14,862 nt of DNA, taken from assembly GCA_031422435.1 (NCBI GenBank), contig JANPLU010000051.1, positions 1 through 14,862 of the forward strand, in the 5' to 3' direction. Below are positions 1 to 6,729 of the stretch, one piece after another. Each line of letters opens with the position of its first letter. The stretch's first letter is position 1. This DNA comes from Acaryochloridaceae cyanobacterium VAR_48_metabat_390 (lineage in GTDB: Bacteria; Cyanobacteriota; Cyanobacteriia; Thermosynechococcales; Thermosynechococcaceae). The notes beneath the pieces were generated by a model that searched no databases, had not been told where the DNA came from, and worked only from the letters and a program-made list of their open reading frames with translations. Position numbers and translations under genes: made by a program.

Positions 1-44
1 TTCTTAAGCTGCGATAAAACGGCGTGGAGTCCTTCAAGAGCCAT
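1..44 (-). CDS. Possible 5' end of a gene running off the left edge (MALEGLHAVLSQLK...), product unknown
   Basis: ATG at 44-42 on the minus strand with the frame open to the window edge, divergent from the GntR gene. Only 14 codons are visible, so the product cannot be assigned. Confidence 0.3.
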   Translation of the reverse strand, partial: MALEGLHAVLSQLK

Positions 45-173
45 AGTTGGGGTATCAAACGCTCAGGGCTAGGGTGTGTCATGGCTTTAACAGCCTACTC
101 TAGCTCGGCAAAAAATGGAGCCTCTGCCGTAAAATTATTAAGCCTTAATCAAATGGCTCGGCGACTAAATTCT

Positions 174-206
174 GTATACGGTATACTTGTGTGGGTGCGT
201 TGTATA
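174..206. promoter_or_regulatory. Putative GntR/FadR-type operator overlapping a -10-like box upstream of the purine catabolism cluster
   Basis: GTATAC-G-GTATAC at 174-186 (both a direct and an inverted repeat) plus TGTATA at 201-206. TATACT at 182-187 is -10-like. GT-N-AC palindromes are typical of GntR-family operators. Confidence 0.45.
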
Positions 207-285
207 GATAAAAAATCTAGTCGCTGACCCCGTCCTCAAATTTATAGAATCATTTCTGCTTCTTCAGGCATTAGGAGTCTGTATT

Positions 286-1008
286 TTGTCTTTATCCCTG
301 CGATCGCTCCAACGAAACCAATCTTTGCAAGAGCAGGCTTACCAAGCACTGCGCTCCGCCATACTGTCGGGGGAATTGCCCTCGGGTCAGCGGCTGATTG
401 AGACGCATCTTGCCAAAAACCTTCAGGTGAGCCGAACGCCCATTCGAGAGGCGCTACGACAGCTCCAAAACGAAGATTTGGTTGTCATTGATGTAGACGG
501 CGTTTTACGGGTCGCAACCTTCTCTCAAGCAGATGCCATCCAGCTTTATAACTGTCGGATTGCCCTTGAGCAGCAGTCTATTTTAGAAGCCTGTGAAAAT
601 GCCACGGACGAGCAATTTTATGGCCTTAGCCTTATGGTTGCGCAAGCCGAAAAGCTGGCTGAAGAAAAAGCATCTCAGTTGACCAATTTTCAGCTCCTTG
701 ACCTAGACTATCGGTTTCATCGGCTTTTGGCAGAAAGTTCAGGCAACCTATGGCTGCGCGCCCTGCTCGATCAGGTGTTCGACAAAATGATGCTGTTGCG
801 CATCCAGACCATGCAGCAAAATCCTGACGTGCTAGATATTCGCGTTGAGCATCGCCGGATTTATGAAGCGGTGGCGCAACGCAATGTTGAAGCAGCCACC
901 CAAGCCATTCAGGGGCACTTAGCTGCGGCTAAAGAGCGCGTTATTCAAGAGATGAGCCATTTATCAGAAGCTCCTCTAATGGAAGAAGATTCTGCCCTGG
1001 CACAATAA
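286..1008 (+). CDS. GntR family transcriptional regulator (FadR subfamily, FCD C-terminal domain)
   Basis: N-terminal wHTH AYQALRSAILSGELPSGQRLIETHLAKNLQVSRTPIREALRQL. FCD motifs DYRFHRLL, EHRRIYEA and GHL. TTG start with AGGAG at 273-277. Confidence 0.93.
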   Translation: MSLSLRSLQRNQSLQEQAYQALRSAILSGELPSGQRLIETHLAKNLQVSRTPIREALRQLQNEDLVVIDVDGVLRVATFSQADAIQLYNCRIALEQQSILEACENATDEQFYGLSLMVAQAEKLAEEKASQLTNFQLLDLDYRFHRLLAESSGNLWLRALLDQVFDKMMLLRIQTMQQNPDVLDIRVEHRRIYEAVAQRNVEAATQAIQGHLAAAKERVIQEMSHLSEAPLMEEDSALAQ

Positions 1009-1036
1009 GTTGTTTTTTATCTATGCCCTAACGTCT

Positions 1037-1447
1037 ATGGCTATTCATCCTTCCTCGAACTCCAAACGCGTTTTTATCTGTGGTTCTGCACTGCGCGGAC
1101 AGCCCGATCACCAAAATCTTCAGGATGCCGTCTTTTTGCGCGAGGCTGCTACACAGCCTAAATATCGTCTCCATGCCGCTGTGGATGGCTGGCACCCTGC
1201 CATCTATGAGGTTGAGGCAGGCGGTATTAGTATTCCAGGCGAGGTCTATGAGCTGACCGCTGAGCAGTACGACTATTTAGTGTCTACGGAGCCGCCTCAC
1301 ATGTATCCAGGAGATGTGACGCTGCAAGATGGAGAAGTGTTAACGGCGATGCTGTACCCCCACGCGCTAATCGTGGAGCATCACTGGCCTGATATTTCTG
1401 ACCTTGGGGGATGGGCTGCTTACAAGAAAGCAGCGGCAATCCGTTAA
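1037..1447 (+). CDS. Gamma-glutamylcyclotransferase-fold protein resembling a stand-alone allophanate hydrolase C-terminal domain
   Basis: VFICGSALRG, T-x-PKYRLH, GGISIPGEVYEL, VTLQDG and terminal DISDLGGWAAY (cf. DI-x-x-x-GGW-x-AY at the AtzF C-terminus). ATG 1037 preferred over TTG 1010. Confidence 0.75.
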   Translation: MAIHPSSNSKRVFICGSALRGQPDHQNLQDAVFLREAATQPKYRLHAAVDGWHPAIYEVEAGGISIPGEVYELTAEQYDYLVSTEPPHMYPGDVTLQDGEVLTAMLYPHALIVEHHWPDISDLGGWAAYKKAAAIR

Positions 1448-1516
1448 GACATTCCAGAAATTAAGGCGTTTTAGCATTAAGCGAGTCCCAGTTCTTTCTT
1501 TTAGTCATCAGCAGCT

Positions 1517-2425
1517 ATGTCAGAACCTTATCCAAGGGACATGGTGGGGTATGGGTGCAACCCACCTAACCCCCAGTGGCCTCATCAGGCTCGCGTTGCG
1601 GTTCAGTTTGTAATCAATTATGAAGAGGGAGGTGAAACCTGCATTCTTCACGGCGATCAGGCTTCTGAGGCATTTTTGTCTGAGATTGTGGGCGCGGCTC
1701 CCCTTCAGGGGCTGCGGCACATGAATATGGAATCTTGCTATGAGTACGGCAGCAGGGCAGGGTTCTGGCGGCTGCATCGGCTGTTTACGTCGCGTAATAT
1801 CCCTGTGACGGTTTATGGCGTTGCTTTGGCGCTGTCGCGAAACCCTGAGGCGGTTGCCGCAATGCAAGAGGCAGGCTGGGAAATTGCCAGCCACGGCTAT
1901 CGCTGGATTGACTATAAGTATTTTGATGCAGCGGCGGAGAGGGAGCATTTAGAAAAGGCGATCGCCCTCCATACCCAAGTCACAGGCGATCGCCCCCTCG
2001 GCTGGTATACCGGACGCACCAGCCCTTATACGCGGCAGATCGTCGCAGAAGAAGGCGGATTTTTGTATGACTCCGATAGCTATGCCGATGACCTGCCTTA
2101 CTGGGTACACGACTACGGTAAACCCCATCTGGTGATTCCCTATACCCTCGACAACAACGACATGCGCTTTGCGACGGCTCAAGGCTTTAATTCTGGGGAT
2201 CAATTTTTCGCCTATCTCAAAGATGCCTTTGATGTGCTGTACGCCGAAGGGGAAACCGCGCCCAAAATGATGAGCATCGGGCTGCACTGTCGGCTAGTGG
2301 GTAGACCCGGACGGGCGGCATCTCTGGCACGGTTTTTAGACTATGTGCAGCAGCATGAGCGCGTCTGGCTGTGCCGTCGAATTGAGATTGCCCAACATTG
2401 GCATCAGCATCATTTGCCTGGTTAA
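1517..2425 (+). CDS. puuE: Allantoinase PuuE (polysaccharide deacetylase fold)
   Basis: YPRDMVGYG, VQFVINYEEGGE, YEYGSRAGFWRL, SHGYRWIDY (Glu-His-Trp set typical of PuuE), YTLDNNDMRF, KMMSIGLHCRLVGRPGR. Confidence 0.95.
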   Translation: MSEPYPRDMVGYGCNPPNPQWPHQARVAVQFVINYEEGGETCILHGDQASEAFLSEIVGAAPLQGLRHMNMESCYEYGSRAGFWRLHRLFTSRNIPVTVYGVALALSRNPEAVAAMQEAGWEIASHGYRWIDYKYFDAAAEREHLEKAIALHTQVTGDRPLGWYTGRTSPYTRQIVAEEGGFLYDSDSYADDLPYWVHDYGKPHLVIPYTLDNNDMRFATAQGFNSGDQFFAYLKDAFDVLYAEGETAPKMMSIGLHCRLVGRPGRAASLARFLDYVQQHERVWLCRRIEIAQHWHQHHLPG

Positions 2426-2491
2426 AGTGCCCTAATGGGGCAGTCTTTTACGTCTCTTTTAGTCCGCCATTTTTATCAAAAGGGACATGAA

Positions 2492-3667
2492 ATGGAACAT
2501 CTAAAGATCGTGATTATTGGTGCTGGGATGGGGGGGCTTGCCACGGGTATTGCCCTAAAGCAGGCTGGCTACGAGGTTGAAATTTATGATCGCGTCAGCG
2601 AACTGCGGGCGGCTGGGGCAGCGATTTCACTGTGGTCTAATGGCGTAAAGGTGCTGAACCGCATGGGACTTGGATCTGCCCTTGCCAAAGTAGGCGGTCA
2701 AATGGAGCGGATGGCCTATTACAGCCACACCGGAGAAAAACTTACCGACTTTAGCCTTGATCCCCTAGTGAAACGGGTAGGTCAACAGCCTTACCCTGTG
2801 GCGCGCACAGACCTTCAGCAGATGCTGCTCGAAACCTTTGGTAGAGACCAGGTTTTTCTAAATGCAAAGTGTGTGGATATTCAGCAAACCCAAGATCGGG
2901 CGATGGTGAGCTTTGCCGATGGACGCATTGCCACCGGAGACTTAGTCATTGGCGCAGACGGCACCCATTCCACGATTCGGCAGTATGTTGCGCAAAAGCC
3001 GATCCTGCGTCGGTATTCTGGCTATGTGAATTGGAATGGACTTGTGGATGCAGCCGAAGACCTTGCGCCGCTGACAAGCTGGGTAATGCATGTGGGTGAG
3101 TTTAAGCGTGCTTCTGTAATGCCTGTCGGGGGACCCAATGGAGCGCGTCGGTTTTACTACTTTTTTGATGTGCCGATGGTAGACAGTACCGAAAACCCGG
3201 GCGAAGATCGTCAGAAAGAAATAGCACGACACTTTGCAGGGTGGGCAGAACCCGTTCAGCGCCTGATCCAACGGCTAGACCCTGCCAAAATAAATCGCAT
3301 TGCCATCCACGACGTAGATCCATTAGAAGCCTTGGTGCGCGATCGCGTTGCTTTGCTAGGAGATGCCGCCCACAGTACCTGCCCTGATTTAGGGCAAGGG
3401 GGTGCCCAGGCGATCGAAGATGCATTTGTTTTGGCAAACTGTCTTGTGACCAATAACCTAGGGGTTGTTGATGCCCTCAAGCGGTACGAAGCCCTGCGTA
3501 AAGCGCGAACGGCTGACATTATTGTGCGGGCGCGCAAGCGCTCAGACCTAACCCACGGGAAAGATCCCATTCACACCCAGCAATGGTACCAAGACCTGAA
3601 GCAAGAGGATGGTTCGGGTATTATTGACGGCATTTGTAAAACAATTTTGGCAGGGCCACTGCACTAA
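2492..3667 (+). CDS. hpxO: FAD-dependent urate hydroxylase HpxO
   Basis: GAGMGG FAD motif, GAAISLWSNGVK, RRYSGYVNWNGLV, KRASVMPV, FYYFFDVP, LLGDAAHSTCPDLGQGG, ARKRSDLTHGKD and terminal TILAGPL are collinear with HpxO as I recall it. ATG 2492 has AGGGA upstream (ORF track starts at 2435). Confidence 0.92.
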   Translation: MEHLKIVIIGAGMGGLATGIALKQAGYEVEIYDRVSELRAAGAAISLWSNGVKVLNRMGLGSALAKVGGQMERMAYYSHTGEKLTDFSLDPLVKRVGQQPYPVARTDLQQMLLETFGRDQVFLNAKCVDIQQTQDRAMVSFADGRIATGDLVIGADGTHSTIRQYVAQKPILRRYSGYVNWNGLVDAAEDLAPLTSWVMHVGEFKRASVMPVGGPNGARRFYYFFDVPMVDSTENPGEDRQKEIARHFAGWAEPVQRLIQRLDPAKINRIAIHDVDPLEALVRDRVALLGDAAHSTCPDLGQGGAQAIEDAFVLANCLVTNNLGVVDALKRYEALRKARTADIIVRARKRSDLTHGKDPIHTQQWYQDLKQEDGSGIIDGICKTILAGPLH

Positions 3668-3737
3668 CGTCGCATTTGTGTCGTCCGAATAATCCAGTAT
3701 TAAAATGAAGGCTTACTCTGATTAAGAGGATGCGGCA

Positions 3738-4625
3738 ATGCCTACCCAAGTGCTTACGTCTAACGGCTCTCAAACCTATGAGTGGCAGTGGTTAGACCAG
3801 ACTTTAACCATTGCCTATGATCGCCGTGGGGAAGGCGCACCCATTCTTTTTCTACCCGCTTTTAGCACCGTGTCAAGTCGTAAAGAATGGGAAACGGCGG
3901 CTCAGATTTTAGGGTCTTCTCATCAAGTCACCTGTTTAGACTGGCCTGGGTTTGGCGATTCTGACAAGGCGGCGATCGCCTATAACCCCGTCCTCTACGA
4001 AGCCTTTCTGCCAGATTTTGTGACCGCCTGCTTTGACCAGCCCTTAACGGTTGTTGCCGCAGGTCACGCGGCTGGATATGCCCTACACTTAGCCCAGCAG
4101 CTCCCCAAGCAGATTTCCCGTATCGTTCTGGTTGCGCCAACGTGGCGAGGGCCACTGCCAACAATGGGTGCATCTAAAGCTTTAGCGACTGGTGTTGAAT
4201 GGGTAGTGCGATCGCCCCTCATTGGGCAGTTTTTGTACTACCTCAATACGCGACCCCAGTTTTTGAAGTGGATGTACAGCCGTCACGTTTTTGCCGAGGC
4301 TCAGCACCTTACACCCGAATTTATGGCGCAGAAGTATGCAGCGACTCAGCAGAAGGGCGCACGTTTTGGCTCGGCAGCTTTTGTGACAGGAGGGTTAGAC
4401 CCCGTCACCAATCGGGGCGCTTTTTTACAGCTTTTTGCTCAACTGCGAGCCAAGTGTTTGGTGATTACTAGTGAAGATGGCCCACCCAAATCTAAGGCCG
4501 AAATGGAGGCGATCTCAGCCGTTTCTGCTGTACAAATCCAGTCCCATCCAGGCTCTTTAGGACTCCATGAAGAGTATGGTACTGAAGTCGCCAATCTGAT
4601 CAACTCGTTCTTGCAGAAGCCCTAA
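3738..4625 (+). CDS. Alpha/beta hydrolase fold protein (nucleophile position is Ala)
   Basis: PILFLPAFSTVSSR, CLDWPGFGDSD, elbow VAAGHAAG, RIVLVAP, C-terminal LGLHEEY. AAGAGGA RBS upstream. Confidence 0.85.
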   Translation: MPTQVLTSNGSQTYEWQWLDQTLTIAYDRRGEGAPILFLPAFSTVSSRKEWETAAQILGSSHQVTCLDWPGFGDSDKAAIAYNPVLYEAFLPDFVTACFDQPLTVVAAGHAAGYALHLAQQLPKQISRIVLVAPTWRGPLPTMGASKALATGVEWVVRSPLIGQFLYYLNTRPQFLKWMYSRHVFAEAQHLTPEFMAQKYAATQQKGARFGSAAFVTGGLDPVTNRGAFLQLFAQLRAKCLVITSEDGPPKSKAEMEAISAVSAVQIQSHPGSLGLHEEYGTEVANLINSFLQKP

Positions 4626-4771
4626 TTTGAGGTTTGGCAGCGCAGAAACGGGAAAAAACTCTCGCACTTCACAACAGTTTGCATCCGTCTGTGAAAGGCT
4701 CTACTACAGCAGAACCCTGTCTCGTCTCAACCCTAGATCCCTTGAGAACTCTAGGGAAAGATGAGAATCCA

Positions 4772-4780
4772 TGTTAAGAT
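4772..4780 (+). promoter_or_regulatory. Putative extended -10 promoter of psbK
   Basis: TG-T-TAAGAT at 4772-4780, 42 nt upstream of the psbK ATG. Confidence 0.4.
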
Positions 4781-4822
4781 TTCTAGTGATTTTGAACTCT
4801 GTGTTGGAAGGAAAGTTCATTC

Positions 4823-4960
4823 ATGGAAGCCGCTCTGCTCTTGGCAAAACTGCCTGAAGCTTACTCAGTGTTTGACCCTCTGGTTGATGTACTGCCCGTT
4901 ATTCCAGTCTTCTTTCTGCTGCTGGCCTTTGTGTGGCAGGCTGCTGTTGGATTTAGATAA
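4823..4960 (+). CDS. psbK: Photosystem II reaction centre protein K (45 aa)
   Basis: Manual translation [45 protein letters not shown], a canonical PsbK. AAGGA upstream. Absent from the supplied ORF track. Confidence 0.98.
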   Translation: MEAALLLAKLPEAYSVFDPLVDVLPVIPVFFLLLAFVWQAAVGFR

Positions 4961-4987
4961 GTTTAGTCAAATCTATCTAATGACTGC

Positions 4988-5021
4988 AAAAGCGGGGTAA
5001 GTGTATGCTTACCCCGCTTTT
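4988..5021. terminator. Bidirectional intrinsic terminator between psbK and the convergent membrane-protein gene
   Basis: Perfect 14-bp inverted repeat AAAAGCGGGGTAAG (4988-5001) / CTTACCCCGCTTTT (5008-5021), 6-nt loop, A-tract and T-tract at the ends. Confidence 0.85.
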
Positions 5022-5058
5022 ATTATGACCAAACGAGCCTGAGGTGTAGTCACTGCCG

Positions 5059-5523
5059 TTACCCCACCATCCACGGAGCCTGCTGCGCACCCTGCCGCAA
5101 TATCTCCACAACCCTTGGGTCGCGTCCTAAAACCCATCCGAGGGTGAGTCCACAGCTAGACGTAAAAAAGAGGTAAACCAACACAAGCCGCTGATGCATC
5201 CCGCGTGACTGTAGCTCAAGCCGCCCCCATAAAATACTCAGCAGCAAAACTAGCGCCAATCCAAATGGTTCTGCAAAGTTGATAGCAAGCATAAGGGTTA
5301 AGCTAATCAAAAAAATGCTGACCAACACCGTAGGACCCAGCCGGAACCATCGACTGACGAGGTTACCTCTCCAAATTAGCAAAAATATAATAACAACCGT
5401 TGCCATCCAGAAATCTACCAGCCAAAACATAGACAGAAACGCCAGATGCCATCCTAAAAGAGCATAGGCAAGTCCAATACAGCTCATGGAAAGCCACGGA
5501 AAGGTCAATAGACTCAGCTTCAT
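5059..5523 (-). CDS. Hypothetical integral membrane protein (~5 hydrophobic segments)
   Basis: Strongly hydrophobic ORF (FPWLSMSCIGLAYALLGW...). ATG 5523 preferred over TTG 5550. Ends just before the terminator. Confidence 0.75.
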   Translation of the reverse strand: MKLSLLTFPWLSMSCIGLAYALLGWHLAFLSMFWLVDFWMATVVIIFLLIWRGNLVSRWFRLGPTVLVSIFLISLTLMLAINFAEPFGLALVLLLSILWGRLELQSRGMHQRLVLVYLFFTSSCGLTLGWVLGRDPRVVEILRQGAQQAPWMVG

Positions 5524-5846
5524 GACGTTACTGGAGATAGACAAGGACAAAGAAACCCACAGTGACCTTGTTAGGCTGATGGGGATTTAATCGGCGAAAC
5601 GAGCCTTAAAAGCCATTAATAGAGAGCTAAACTCTGTCTCAAACCTGGCTTACGGTAACATTAGCTTCAGTATGACAGATGCGATTTGTTAAAGTGAATC
5701 TCATGTACTTCACTAAAAAGTTCAGAGTAGATGACTTATTTTCAGACATAAGTCCTACGATAGACTTAAATAAATGGTATGGGGGGTAGTGTATGGTCAT
5801 AGACCTACCATAATTCAATCACTCACTCATCCTTTAAACCTTTTTG

Positions 5847-6632
5847 ATGATGGATACCGCCACAGCAAGATCCCTCAATGTCCAGTCTGTCGACTTTTTG
5901 CTGTTGAGCTACTTCAGCTTAGAGCCAGATCAGTACCCACAGCCGCTCACTAAAGGGAGGCTGCTGAATGGATGGTTACAGACTTATCCTCAAGAGTGGG
6001 TTCGTTGCGCCCTGGTTGAGTCGCTCTATCAGGGGCGCTACAAGACCTACTGTGTTGAGCAAATTTTGTCACTGTGGCACCGTCGAGGTCAGCCTATTTA
6101 CCACTTCAATCATGAATTTGAAGCCATGATTTGCAGTAATGTGCCCCAGCGCAAAGAAACTGCGCTGGTGGTAGATGCACCTGTGGACTATGGGGTAGAT
6201 GAGCCAGTCTCATTGCTAAACAGCCAAGACTCGCAGGCTTCAGTCGTGCTGCCCCCATCTGAGGAGATGACTCAAATATCTGAGTTTTCTACCGATCTGT
6301 CAGATGAAGAACAGATCTTGGCACCCACATCTACTGATTCAGAATCTGCTTATTTAGAATTTGCTGATTCAGAATCTGCTTATTTAGAAAACGGCGATCG
6401 CCATTGGGCTGATGCGTTTGAGTGGCCTGTAGCCGATGAGCAGGAATCTGTTTTGGCTACTGTACTAAGTCAGAATCAGCTCTTGCCGCTAATGTTGAAT
6501 CGCATTGGGTTGGTACCGATCCATCGCTTTATGCCCGAGGCTGAACCCGTTGAATTCTGCGAAAGGCTGGCGGCGATCGCAAGCTCTTTTGGCGCAGTGA
6601 CGCACCAAGAGTCTGCTCAAGCTCAGCGATAG
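5847..6632 (+). CDS. ftn6: Ftn6-like cyanobacterial cell division protein (N-terminal DnaD-like domain, acidic low-complexity tail)
   Basis: WLQTYPQEWVRCALVESLYQGRYKTYCVEQILSLWHRRGQP matches my recollection of the Ftn6 N-terminal domain (W..Y...W...A..E.LYQGRYK...V.QIL..W.RRG). Start ambiguous: TTG 5844, ATG 5847 or ATG 5850. Confidence 0.65.
   Translation: MMDTATARSLNVQSVDFLLLSYFSLEPDQYPQPLTKGRLLNGWLQTYPQEWVRCALVESLYQGRYKTYCVEQILSLWHRRGQPIYHFNHEFEAMICSNVPQRKETALVVDAPVDYGVDEPVSLLNSQDSQASVVLPPSEEMTQISEFSTDLSDEEQILAPTSTDSESAYLEFADSESAYLENGDRHWADAFEWPVADEQESVLATVLSQNQLLPLMLNRIGLVPIHRFMPEAEPVEFCERLAAIASSFGAVTHQESAQAQR
6334..6389 (+). repeat. In-frame tandem duplication, 30-bp period
   Basis: CTGATTCAGAATCTGCTTATTTAGAA is identical at 6334-6359 and 6364-6389 and encodes DSESAYLE twice. 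Confidence 0.95.
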
Positions 6633-6729
6633 TCTCTAATCAGTTTAAGCGCAAGTCAAATGAGCCAAGGTCAGCCGCCCACTTAAGCTTCAGGGCATAA
6701 TAAAAGCAGGGACTTTTTAAAGTGGACGA

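Noticed and set aside
174..186. NtcA binding site
   Set aside because: Spacing is GTA-N7-TAC, not the canonical N8.
24..227. 67-aa plus-strand ORF
   Set aside because: No recognisable motifs. It runs through the AT-rich promoter/operator region.
1404..4471. Alternative-frame and antisense ORFs over puuE, hpxO and the hydrolase-fold gene
   Set aside because: Shadows of well-supported genes, with no motifs of their own.
4761..5000. 79-aa Cys/Trp-rich ORF
   Set aside because: Out-of-frame shadow of psbK that runs into the terminator.
6334..6389. Mini CRISPR array
   Set aside because: Only two units separated by 4 nt, in frame within a CDS, with no spacers or cas genes.
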